From positions 1 through 49,074 of the forward strand of contig UYFQ01000449.1 of NCBI GenBank assembly GCA_900617105.1: a stretch of DNA of 49,074 bases. Reading direction: 5' to 3'. The notes below the pieces were generated by a model. It searched no databases and was not told where the DNA came from. It saw nothing but the letters and a program-made list of their open reading frames with translations. Below, in pieces: positions 1 to 11,405 of the stretch. This stretch comes from Hydrurus foetidus. Taxonomy: Eukaryota. Positions within the stretch are counted from its first letter, which is position 1; each line of letters begins with the position of its first letter. A program made the position numbers and the translations under genes.

Positions 1-2166
1 CATAACTGAATCTTTGTAGCTAGGTATACTTAAACCTACTAATCTCTTGTTCCATCTACCTGGCTGATGGTTTCTAGCACTACGTCTGGGTTGTTTATCT
101 AGAATTTCCTCTGACTTGCTATTTTCTGTGGTGGGGGTATCTACCTCATCATCACTGTCTACACCAAATATATCATTCATTAATGCATCGGGGTCAGTTG
201 GTGTATCGTCATACACTACATCCTCTCCTTCATTAACGTATATATCATTTGGTATGTATTCTGTTAATTGTTCGAACTCTGATTCGTAAGCTACATCAGA
301 ATTGCCATCGTATGAGTCAAAATTATTTGCTATCTCATGATGCACAAATTCGTCTTCTGTAGGGTAACTATACGGTGTTATCATGTCAGGTGTCTGCAAC
401 TCAAATTCATCGTTGGAGTAATCATTTCCATCGTCTTCGAGGATTTGATTACTCTGTTCGAAAATAGGTTGCTTGACATTCACTGACATATTTAATTTCC
501 TCTCAGATGCTAACTTATCGAGGTAACTGATCACATCATCTGTCATTGGTAGGCTAGTAGCCTTTGTCCTCTTTACTACTTTTAAGTTAGCTAACAGCAG
601 ATAATACCATGACCCTTCTAGGTTGCCTGCACTAACTAATGCTATTGCTGCCTGTGATCTGGGTTTAGTCGAGTTATCCACGGAATCGGTATGTACTTGT
701 ACGTAATCACCGAAACCGTGTTTCAACTCCTTATCTACGTTAATCTTTCTACCGTATAATTTCTCTCTGGGGCTGACGTAAGCTACACTGTTTCTAGTTG
801 GTACTAAATTTAATCTGTTCACAACATATCTAAGTAACCAACTTTCTAGTAGCTCACTCAGTGAAAAAGGTACCGTGTTGATGATGGCACGAACACGTTC
901 CTTGATCACTCTGATCTTCCTCTCAACTACAGCTACTGCTTCTCCTGCTCCAGTACTGTCTAATATAATACCTAGTGCGGCTAGCTTACTCTCAAAACTT
1001 ATAGTGTTAACTGCCGACTCTCCGTCTATTCTTATCATAGTTATCTTAAATCCATACTTAGTAATGTGATGTATGTTGCTCTCTAAGTTCATCCATAAGG
1101 AAGACTTGTTTTTGCGTGAGAGTTTACATATCATCACATATTCTAAGGGATTTGTAACAGTGACTAGATAGGGTATCGAGTTCACAAACATCAAATCTAT
1201 GTACATAACCTGGTTCAGGAACTGCCTATCTACAACTGGCATCTCTTCCTCTAACTCAGTTTTGTGACTAGTTGTTTTCCCCTTAAGGGAACCCAAATCT
1301 GGTCCAAAAATATCTAATGCTCTAACTACATCTTGTGCTGTTATGTCACTCTTATCTAATTTCCCCTGACCTATTAATTTAATTAACTGTCCTGGGCTGG
1401 CGTAACCTAACTTTCTCTGATACTCTCTAGCTAACTCTGCTGACTTAACTTGTCTAGCTGTGTACAATTTCTTCTTATCCTTAACTGTCATGACCATGAT
1501 CGATTTATCGAACGATACATTCTTGTAACTGACATTTCTGTCTAAGTCGCATAGATATATGTTCGTAGACTGATCATGGACAAATCTATATACAGGTCCT
1601 AACTTAATCATCCTAACTTTGTAACAATCCTGGTCACTGTCATAGCTAACTGACTCGCTCGAGCTGACTATGTTACCGAAGGATAATATATTTGCTATAC
1701 AATTTCTATCGTAGTAAACTGTTCCGAAGTCCGTCTCGCCACACTCCGTGATTATCAAGGGTTCCCCCTGAGGGTTCACTCCATTAATAATCATCGGGGT
1801 AGCGGACGGCATAATACTATAAAATAAATCTCCACTACAAAATACTGACTCTGCTGCACAAGTATCTAACAACACTTGTCTCTCTGTAAATGTGGAACTG
1901 TGTGTATATACATTCGCACTAAAAATCACAGGGTCACCCCCACAATTTTTACTGTTCAGTGGACAAAAATTCTCCAATCTGCATGCTTTATCTAACAATG
2001 GCACAAACGCAGGGTAACCGGTCGACGTTGCAAATACGTCATGCAGTCCGGTTTCCCCACACGGAACATTTACATCCTTAGCTAGTGAATCAGGTAAAAA
2101 AACATATAAGGGACTTACTTTTCCGAGGAAGTGTGACGCGCAGGTGCGTTCTTCCTCGGGGGCTTC
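1..2166 (-). CDS. Copia Pol (protease + integrase), running off the window edge and therefore missing from the ORF track
   Basis: Manual translation: protease LLDTCAAESVF...ANILSFG; pre-integrase YTARQVKSAELAREYQRKLGYASP and IFGPDLGSLKGKT, typical of diatom CoDi Copia; DDE core MYIDLMFVN / IRIDGES / VVERKIRVIKERVR. Confidence 0.9.
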
Positions 2167-3297
2167 TTACACTCGTACGCGTAATGGCCCTCCTCCCCGC
2201 AGTTGTTGCAGGCTCCGTATCGTGTACCGTACTCCTGTACGGCACCACCTCTCTCTCGCTGTGGGGTGGCCTCCCTATCCCTATAGGGAGTGCCTGCCCT
2301 CGCTGTACTCTCGCTGCCGGGGGTCGTACCCTCCCTTCTCAGCTCCCTGACTGCTGCCTCCGCGGCCTCTGCCGCCTCTCCCACCGGAACCCGCTCTCCC
2401 ACCCCGACTGGCCGCGAAAACGTTTCGCTTCTCCGAGTTCGGGGGAGCTCCTCCGTGGACGGGCCTTCCCATAAGGAAGTTGGCCGCGTCCTGGTTGGCA
2501 TCACCCATGGTCTGCGGCCATGGGCGAACCTTATTTTTAAACGTATTAATATATTCTGAATAGTTTGAATTCAGTGCAGTTATAAATAAAACAGCATGGA
2601 ACTCATCTGTGTGTTCGGGCGCTTCTTCGTCTGCCAACCTGTAGGCTTCGCTCTTGACGAATAGCAACGTCCTGCACCTACTATAGTAAGCTGCTAGATC
2701 TTCGTGTTGAGTCATTTTGTTATTATAAAAGTTTCTAACTGCTGTAATAATGTTATAAGTTTCTCCATACCTTTTGTTGCTCATGTGTGTTGCAACCACA
2801 CATGTCAACAGACCTAGAGGATCGCATTCCTCCATAGCTCTCTTTCCCGCGGGCATCTCGTTGACCCGCGTCTGCGACGCCTCTGACATTTGACCTAGTA
2901 GTACACCATACAATTTCGCGCAGTCTTTTATAAGTAATTCAGATGCAGCTTCATATTTCTTACGTGAAGTTTTCCATCGCTCTATGGCGACGAGTCCTGC
3001 TCCTTCAGGCGGGTCCTCAGGTTCCACCTGCTCTACGTAGTCGTAGAGGATCCCGTCTATACCTATTATTTCTTTTACAGTTGATTCATAAGTACTGTAC
3101 ATATATACTCGAAAACATTCGAGCCATTTCAACACAGATTCTGGATCTGCCGCTTGTCCTCGCGGCAAATCCAGGTAAGCACCTACCTCGGGCTTCCTAC
3201 CTTTAGATATGGGTTTATGAGGCTCTCCTTGCCCTCTACCATATCGACCCCTGCCCCCGCCACGGGACTGGAATCTTCCATCGCCTCGTCCTCTCAT
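2115..3297 (-). CDS. Copia Gag, split by one frameshift near 2295-2305
   Basis: ORF 2281..3399 (first ATG at 3297, RGG-rich ends) plus ORF 2115..2504 carrying the zinc knuckle CNNCGEEGHYAYEC. Confidence 0.85.
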
Positions 3298-3341
3298 CCT
3301 TGCAACTCTTTTGCAACTTCTAGCTAATCTATCTAAGGATG

Positions 3342-3352
3342 ACTGTCGTTTA
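3342..3352 (-). promoter_or_regulatory. Putative self-priming primer-binding site TAAACGACAGT
   Basis: Abuts the LTR-terminal CA, lacks TGG, and is the exact complement of LTR positions 3484-3474 (ACTGTCGTTTA). Confidence 0.65.
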
Positions 3353-3673
3353 TGTTGGAAATCTGGGCGATTTACACGGAATTTCTTCCGAGTTCCCAAA
3401 CGATCCCTGCACTTCCGACTGCTAGCAACGCCTGCTCAAAAGAGAAGAAGACGTTCTATTCGGTAAGTTGGATTAAACGACAGTGACATGCTGTCGATTA
3501 CATCTAGGTAGCATAACATGAGTGCGAGGGTTGCGGTCAATGTTATCGCTGAATGTACGTACACCCGTGCATGAAAACAATCATACATCACACAGGGTAC
3601 AAGATCCTAGTCTAATCCGGATATCATAACACCGTACCCCCTTGGTCAAAGGTTACGAGCCCGTTCGCAAACA
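3353..3673 (-). repeat. Copia 5' LTR (321 bp)
   Basis: TGTT...AACA termini just upstream of gag; the partner LTR is outside the window, so the boundaries are inferred. Confidence 0.7.
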
Positions 3674-3866
3674 TGAAATCGGCTAGAATTTTGGTATTTT
3701 CGCTAGAATTTCGAGTCCGCTATAATTTTCATGAAAGAAGTGTTCGATGCAGTTGTCGAGTCGAAGGTAAAACTAGCCAACCACCCAATTCGCTAGCTTC
3801 ACGAAAACTGCTGCAGCGGGAACATCTTGTTCGACTGGTTTCAAGTCCGAAGAATGGACAGCTATC

Positions 3867-4607
3867 ATGAACGATTTCAATAGTCGGACAGAGATGTCTT
3901 TATTAAGACAGCAGTTACAGAACCAGCATGCGACGCTCAAAGCTGGATACAGCGTCTACCATATGTTTCTATCACAGAGTGGATTCGGAGTTGATAACCA
4001 GACCAAATTGGTGACAGCGGAACCGGCAGCTTTAAAAGAGTATTTCGCAGCGCATCCGAAGGTCAAGGAGTATGAGTTCAAGCCGCTTATGTTTTACGAC
4101 TTACTGCATGAGCTTTTCGAGTGTGCAATCGCGGCAGGCAAATACGCCATGAATTTCGCATCACCCCCCGCAGTCGTTGTAGGTGCGAAAAGAGGATTCG
4201 ATCTCTGCGATGTTGAAGAAAATACTGAGGATGTTGGTGTACATGTCAATATTCGAGGAGTCGCATTCAACGATCGCGAGCCCGAGACCTCGGATTCAGA
4301 GGGAGAGTCACAACCTGAGCAAGTGAATTAGCAGGCTGCTGTAAAAGTAAAAACGTCACCCGCCACGAATGCACCTAAAAAAGAGAAAGGCATTCTGAGT
4401 GTAACAAGACTACTGTGTGATACAGTGGACAATCAGCAAAAACTGGTAGATAAGTTGCCTCATGCCATTAGTAAATTCGAAAACAACTTTTCTGTTGTAG
4501 GAAAAATCAAATTCAAAAGATTTTTGGCACAGGACAATAATGCCGATGTTTTTCTGCTGTGCAATGCTGCTGAGAAAGCTGAACTTGTTGAAGAAATTAT
4601 AGCATAA
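3867..4607 (+). pseudogene. Harbinger Myb/SANT-like accessory protein with one in-frame TAG at 4329-4331
   Basis: SQSGFGVD...VTA...EYFAAHP...KPLMFYDLLHELF matches the SGFGWD..HP..DL..LF pattern of Harbinger Myb-like proteins. ORF 4425..4607 continues in the same frame. Confidence 0.75.
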
Positions 4608-4650
4608 ATGCAGTTTGAAGTACATCGTAATTTAATCAATTCTTTATTGT

Positions 4651-4759
4651 TTAATTACCAGCTACATGAGCTTGGTATGCTTGCCACATGTCAGCGGCAA
4701 TTCCATCACGCCACTGCTTTAAAACCTGACCTCCATGCCCATTCATCTCTTCTACTGGG
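4651..4759 (-). pseudogene. Harbinger transposase C-terminal fragment
   Basis: Translates VEEMNGHGGQVLKQWRDGIAADMWQAYQAHVAGN*; RD.IA..MW..Y is the usual PIF/Harbinger C-terminus. It begins exactly at the Gypsy LTR edge. Confidence 0.8.
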
Positions 4760-4966
4760 TGTAGTCCAGATAGGAAGTAGGTCGATGGAAAGAAGGTGTT
4801 ACTTAGTTACAGGCTCTAAGCTAGAAGCTAGGATAACTTCTACGAGTAGGCTAGAGCTAGCTAGCAGCTGCGCTAGAGATGTATGTGTACAGTAGGCGGT
4901 AGGATCGGATGGATCGGGACTAGGTCCGGTACGGCCCGTAGGCCCGGTATAGCCGGTCCGACCACA
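4760..4966 (-). repeat. Gypsy copy 1 3' LTR (207 bp)
   Basis: TGTGGTC...GACTACA termini, preceded by the PPT AGAAAAAAGTGGGGGTGA (4984-4967). Shares CGTAGAAGTTA..CCTAGCTTCTAGCT..CTGTAACTAA with the LTR starting at 46519. Confidence 0.85.
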
Positions 4967-5073
4967 TCACCCCCACTTTTTTCTGAAGAAAAAGAACCTA
5001 TGACGCGACCACCACGTTTTGTACAAAAATCTAATACAACTAAAACTAACTAAAGGAAGAATAAAGAAAAAGA

Positions 5074-8000
5074 TTACAAATATGTAAATCTCATAATACA
5101 TTGATATGTATAAAAAGTAAAAAATCTATACAAATAGACTGGGTGGTGGGTCGGCTTGTGGTTTACAAGATTTGCGAGAACGTACTCGGACCCCTTAAAG
5201 GAGACAATACAGTAAGGGCCATGCCACTTTGTATGTAATCGAGTTGGAGGTCGATCAGTATATCGGCATAAGACATATGACCCCACGGGGAACACAGTCG
5301 CTGATTCAGCTGACGCGGCGTTTTTAGCATCCGCTTTTAACAAAGTTTGAACCGCAGTTTCAAGTACTTTGTCTTGTACACTTATCAAATCTGATATGTA
5401 CGTTGATCTTGAATGTGTTCCGACACTTAAGTGTGGAGTGAGAATACCACGATTCAAATCAAGTTTGTTCCCGAACAATAAATGAGCGGGGCAGACACCT
5501 GTGCGTCTATTAACTGAACCGTTAATGATACGTTGCACGAATGGGATTGACTTAGCATATCCCTCAAGAGTTTGTTTATCAAAAACTAAACCTCTTAAGT
5601 GTCTATTCACCTCTTTGTTGACTCTTTCAACAATTGCATTCTCTTGTTTTGAGTAAGCAAGGGTGAGATTATGTGGTGTCCCACAAAGATCTAAGAATTC
5701 TTTGATCAATTCATTTGCGAAATGTGATCCTCGATCAGATCTAATCATATTTGGTGATCCAAATCGACCAAAATGCGCAAGCAAACAGTCAGCTGCTGAT
5801 TTAGCATCTGCGTCTGCACACCAGAACAATTCTGTCCATCGTGTGAATGTATCGATGATGACTAGGATATAACCTTTGTCAGGAAATGGACCAATATAGT
5901 CAACATTTAGCGTATCGAAGATAGCATAATTTGAAGTTGCAAAATGAGACGCATTGATCTTAGGATCTTTTGCACTCAACTTTTGACAACACGGACAGTT
6001 CTGTATGAACGTACGTACATGTTGTTTCATGTGTTTCCATACTTGTTGTAAACTAAACAACCGAGTAAGGGTACGGTCTACGCCGTTGTGACCGACAATT
6101 GCATTGTGGCACATTTGAATGTATTCTAACTGATCGTCTGAAGCCGGTTCTATGACCGTCAGAGCTGATACAGTGAAAGAAGATGATGAAGTAGGAAGTA
6201 ATTCCAATTCTTCTGTTCGTAACGGCAGAGCAATTTCTGTCAGATTAGGACAAAGCCTTGACAGTGCGTCTGCCAAAACATTTGAAGTACCGGGTACGAA
6301 TACCACGGTAAAATCTAGTTCTTGCATAGCAATGAACCATCTCGCCACCATTGAGGTAGGATTTTGTTTCATATATGTTATGTTCAAATGATCCGTATGG
6401 ATAGTGAACGTACGATCTCTAATTAGATAATCGAGTTGTGTACAACAAAAGAAGATGGCATAAGCCTCTTTTTGCATCGTAGACCACCTTATTTGTGTGG
6501 GTGTCAACGATTTGCTAATGAAAGCAATTTTTGGCACCAACAACTTGGAATAATACGCCACCGATACCAAAGTCGGATGCGTCTGTATACAAGCGGATGT
6601 CTAACTTATTGTCATCAATGAAGTATATTAATGGACAACGAGATATAGCAATCTTTGTGTCAACAAATGAGTTGGTGCTCTTTTGAGTCCAAACTACAGC
6701 AGAACGTCTCGGAGCAGAGTGATCAATCATATCCTGCATTGGCTTAACCAAAGTGGAATGCATTGGTACAAACTGTCGAAAATAGTTCGCTAAACCTAAA
6801 AATGACCTGAGTAAGGTTAAATTTTTAGGTATAGAAAAGTTTAAAACTGTTTCTATCTTCTCTTTTGACATGGATAAACCATCTTTGTCAACGACTCTGC
6901 CAACGTATTCAATACGTGGAAGGCCGAAACGGCATTTTTTAGCTTTGAGTCTTAGACCCTTAAGTCTGAATCTTGCAAAAACTTTTTTCAAGTTAGTTAG
7001 AAACTCTGCTTCACCCTTGCCATATACTATACAATCGTCGAGATACATCTCGCAACAATGATAGATAAGGCCATAGAGGACCGCCGTTACCATCTGCTCT
7101 TGAAAGTAAGAGGGGGCTCGACACGGACCAAAGGGCAGTCTCGTAAACTGAAATACCCCCGCAAAGCATATGAATGCCGTAAAAATGCGGTGTGCGGGGT
7201 GTAACGGTGCTTGATGGTAACCAGCGGTTAAATCCATCACACCAAAAATATCCGGTTTTTTATTACCGATCCTCTCAAAGAGGTGTTTAATATTTGGTAA
7301 CGGGAATGAGGCCGGCTTAAGACACCTATTAAGTGGCCGGTAATCGATGCAGGTTCGGAATTTACCGGTGACTTAGTTACTATTACAGGATGACTGTAAT
7401 AAGCGGCATCTGATCGCTCTATAACCCCTGATGCAAGCATCTCGTCAAGGTTTTCTTTGGGAGCAACCTCTTTTGTTGATGACTGGGGACGTACCGGCGT
7501 ACGGTTTTCGTCTTTTTCCCACAACTCAAGTGGGATGTTAATCTCAAAGGGTTTAAGTGACGCTGGTTTCTCAGCTAATTGATCACTGAAGATGTCTGAA
7601 TATTCAGAACAGAGCTCTCGGAGCTTCCTTTGAAAGCTTTCATCTCCTTCAAAGGTAATCTCGTTGAGGAAATCCTCTGGCCCTTTGGGCAAGTCATCTT
7701 GACTAGGTTTCTCCGCCAAGAAGGGGGCAAACGTATCTATCTTGCCATCGTCAATCTCGTCAACTGAGAGTGCGACACCACTGGGCCATAAAGGCTCAGT
7801 GACATAGTCTAAGGTATCAGAGTCCTCAGAAGTGTTTGTAGGGGTGGGAATCTGGTCGCCACCTAGGTGCGGTGTATCACCCGTACGTTTTGCGAGAATA
7901 GTAGTGACACTATTCAGTCGCTCACAACCTACAACACCACAGGGATCTTGGGTCATGACTCCCTCGATTTCCATCTGAGTATCGTTACATGTCGACATTG

Positions 8001-10285
8001 TATGGACACAAGAGACGTTGCTCTTCGAAGAAGATTGACCATGCAATATGCTCTTCTTGTTTGGATACTCGAAAGATCCGTGTGTTTCTCTCTTTTTAGA
8101 GGGTGGTTTACCGCCTGGATATTTCAGCTTGTCGTAGTGAGGTGTTAAAGACTCGACTACGGCTGTATCAGGTTCGGTACCCAACGCTATCATACGACGC
8201 GTATATTTGTGTTGAAACAACGGATCGAGTTTATCCAAAGCTTCTTTTCTTTCGAATTCGCGTCTGCGAGCATCGCTCTTTCTCTTATTCTCAGCACTTA
8301 GCTCAGGAGAAATGCCGAATGCAAACGGAGTTAACGTCCAAAAATCATACTTATTTACCGTTTCACGGCTAAATAAAATGTCGATGTCGGTTTTCCGATT
8401 GACCCTCATGGGTAGGCTGATGCTATGGCATTCACCATCGTAAGAATGAAAAAGGATTTTTAAATCGCAAATTTCGTTATTTAGGTAACATTGGCCATCG
8501 AGACCGCTGCAAACAGTTATGGCTTTAAGAGCAGGATAACATAAGTGAGTAGCATTTAATTTTTCAATCATGTCATATGAAATAAAATTATCGGAATAGT
8601 TGGCCGTATCCATTACGGCCTTCCCCGCGGCGCGCAGCTCGCTAGCTGGGCCTGTCCTGTCCTTATCCTGCACAATAACCGTAACGTTAAGGTGGTGAGA
8701 AGCGAGGGTGGAAGGGGTATGTAAAAATTCTTCACGAATAGGTACAAGTGGCTGCACTTCGAGATGATCATCAGTCAGATTAAAGACATCATCATCGAAT
8801 GTGGCAGCCACACAGTCATGGGCAAGGTTCTTACCCTGGTGTTGTCCCGGCTGAGTGTTGGGAGGAGGGTTGTGTCCCTGCGGGGGGTTGTATTTACCCT
8901 TACCGCCGGACCCACGGCCCTGGTATTGGTTCGCATTGGGGTTTTGATGGCCCCTTTGCTTTCCTCTACCACCCCCTGGTTACCCTGGTTACCATAACCA
9001 GATTGGTTCTGGGAGTTTCCTCCTTGACCCTGGTTGGAACGATCTGAACCATCCGAGGTGTTGGAGTGGTTCCCAGAACCATGGCTGTTCTTGGCGCGCT
9101 TGTTGTCGTTACACATCAAGTAAGGTTTAGAACCTCTGGGGTAGAACTGAACTCGTTCCTCGTATCCAGGAAGGACGAGGTTGAGTTGCCATTCAGAGTA
9201 CCCCACCGCGGCCCAAGCCATCCCCACTGTAGAACTCTCCCACTCAACTTGGTGATTCGTGTTGGAGTCGGAGTAGTACAGGATGGGGCAGTCTGCCAAA
9301 TTGTGCGACGTAGCTCCGCACGACCGGCACGGACGAAACATCGGTACGAGCGGTACTTCCGTGGAAGCACGGACAGAGAGTCCGTGCTGCGTCGGAACGT
9401 ACGAGCTAGGAGTACGCACAGTAGCAGTGACTGATCTCGACGAAGCGGAGGGTGTAGGTGAGGGTGCTTTAGCACTCGCTCTACTCGTCTCCTTCTTACC
9501 AACGTCTGGTGGAACTGCTGATGCAGGAAACGAGTACACCGTGTCCGGGTTGCCATAGCTTTTGATGAGGTTCATCATTGCCCTAGCCTCGGCAAGAACC
9601 TGACCAATGCGTAGCATAGTCGAATACCACGTATGAGGTGGGGTATTGTCAGCAGCTTTCGCTTTCAGGTAATCCTGTTGGATTTGACTACCCTTGGCTA
9701 GGCGCTTCTCCAAAATCAATATGAGCTCAGCATGCTGAGTCTCTGATAATGGTCCCTTAGACCTCTCATAAGTGCTCACAAGTTCGTTGTAACGTACGAA
9801 TGTGGCATTCTCATGATCGTGGTTAGCGATCTGATAATGGAAGGAACTTGGCTAAAGCTCTCTGCCAGAGTACATTCTCCCAAACCATTTGGCGAGAAGT
9901 ACTTTATTATCAGTTTGGCTACCTGAAGTACCGACAATTTAGTCTGCCAATCATGGCGTTGTCGTCTATCGATGATGTTAAATTCAGGATCGATCATGAT
10001 CCTGAAATTAAGTAACTCGATTGCCTGCTTCTGCATGCAATCGGTTAGCTTCATCAACGGGTACCTCTGAGCCTGTTCGTAGAACTCAGTCGCATCAGCT
10101 TCATCAATGAAGTTATGCCTGAGGACGAACACCTCACCCTGGAGTTGCATCGTCGAGGGGAAAGCTGGGAACAGCGAGTTCGACATTGAGATAGTCGAAT
10201 CGTTGAGCGCGGCTAAAGCTGCCAGACGTGCAATCTCTTCCTCGTCCGGATTTGGATCAGGGTTTGGGTTAGGTGGTGATGACAT
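5074..10285 (-). pseudogene. Gypsy gag-pol polyprotein broken by about 4 frameshifts (near 9840, 8972, 7367, 6530)
   Basis: CCHC knuckle CRSCGATSHNLADC; protease MDTANYS; RT MDLTAGYHQ, LPFG, YLDD; RNase H LYTDASDFGIGG; integrase HHCC, D-D-E (VDYIGP, SDRG, VERVN) and WHGPY. Confidence 0.93.
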
Positions 10286-10684
10286 GTCTAATCACTTATC
10301 GATGTAAATCTCACTGAAAGTCAATGGAGATCGATAACCCTTGCTCAGAATTTTTTTTCAAGAGCTTCGCCTCGTTCGCAATTGGGTACTGTAACGTCAG
10401 TAATAACGTATGAAGCAATTCTAGCCAACTCTTGAACTGAAAAGTTCTATGGCGTGAAAGCCAAATTTAGAGTGGTAGAAAAAATGAGGTACCTTTAAGG
10501 TAGAAGACGTTGCTCTACGTCGACGAAAAGAAGTCTACAGACTAAATTTATGTCTCTGGTGATGAATCTGTGATTCGATCGACCAGCGGAGCAAGTCTAA
10601 AATGATTTCTGGGAAGGATAAATCAACTTCGACCAAAATGTCAAGTTTGGAAGAGCCCAATGCACGGGGATTCCAAGAAAGCAG

Positions 10685-11193
10685 TTAATCTGACTTTGCT
10701 GAAACGTAAACCCCATCAATGGCTCCTATGCAATCATCAAAGAAGGGGCTAAATGTCGGATCTCGCGCGATTTCACGTTGAACAGCATCGCCCTCTTTTG
10801 GATGCACCAGTATCAAGTGGCAGCAGGTTCGGAACGATTCTGTCACTTCATGAATGATCGTTGATATTGTAGATCTACTGTGTTGCCATCGCTCTGCCGT
10901 TTGGCGGTTTGTGTGCCCAATGAGAACATGAATGAAGATCATCAACTTCTGTCCGATGTTGATGGTCTTCGACCTCCTCAAATTTCCATGTTGCGATTAA
11001 AGTCCTTCAGTAGTATGAATGTTTCTTTATCCATTCCAACGACATTGCTGAATCGATTAAAGCTAGGTGACTTCATGACCTCTCTGTAGTACATGCTTCC
11101 TGTCAGAGCAGAGTTGTGTTGAGGAATTCGTTCATCATCCTTCAAAACGAATGGCAGAATCGACGCCACAATTGTGAGAGTGTCCAGCTCCAT
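10685..11193 (-). pseudogene. Harbinger (DDE_Tnp_4-type) transposase N-terminal part, frameshifted near 10985 and truncated after the first catalytic Asp
   Basis: LTGSMYYRE..., QKLMIF, ERWQHSRSTIS (HTH), PFFDDCIGAIDG. Confidence 0.9.
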
Positions 11194-11405
11194 GCTGTCT
11201 TATATTGCTCTCGACTAATTAGATCGATCATGAGTCGGGCGGCATCGTGGTGTAGAAGTGTTCGCAAAAATTGATTAGAATTACAGTCCGCTAATCCAGT
11301 GCAAAGATAGCCAGTTTTCCAGTACGCTAGATATTTGACAGAAGTCATCGAAGGGGCTCTACAGTTTTACATTTTGGAGGGAAGAGGGAGTACATCGTAC
11401 GTACT

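Larger units (their letters stand above)
1..3673 (-). mobile_element. Ty1/Copia LTR retrotransposon (CoDi-like), 5' half; RT, RNase H and 3' LTR lie beyond the window start
   Basis: Order on the minus strand is LTR (3673-3353), gag with CCHC knuckle, protease, integrase. Integrase directly after protease is the Copia order. Confidence 0.93.
4760..10685 (-). mobile_element. Ty3/Gypsy LTR retrotransposon copy 1 (5' LTR deleted)
   Basis: gag-PR-RT-RH-IN order, polypurine tract and 3' LTR present; leader homologous to copy 2. Confidence 0.95.
3674..11360. mobile_element. Disrupted PIF/Harbinger DNA transposon hosting the Gypsy insertion; ends approximate
   Basis: Convergent Myb/SANT-like gene (+, 3867-4607) and transposase (-), the latter split into 11193-10685 and 4759-4651. 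GCTAG-type short repeats occur near both ends. Possible terminus GAGCCCC at about 11359. Confidence 0.75.

Noticed and set aside
1..2100. Apparent ORF desert rich in TAG/CTA, suggesting an alternative genetic code or RIP-like decay
   Set aside because: The minus-strand pol frame was open wherever I translated it; it is missing from the track because it runs off the window.
3651..3662. GGTTACGAGCCC resembles the Drosophila copia half-tRNA-iMet PBS (GGTTATGGGCCC)
   Set aside because: Two mismatches, opposite strand to the element, and located at the outer end of the LTR rather than after it.
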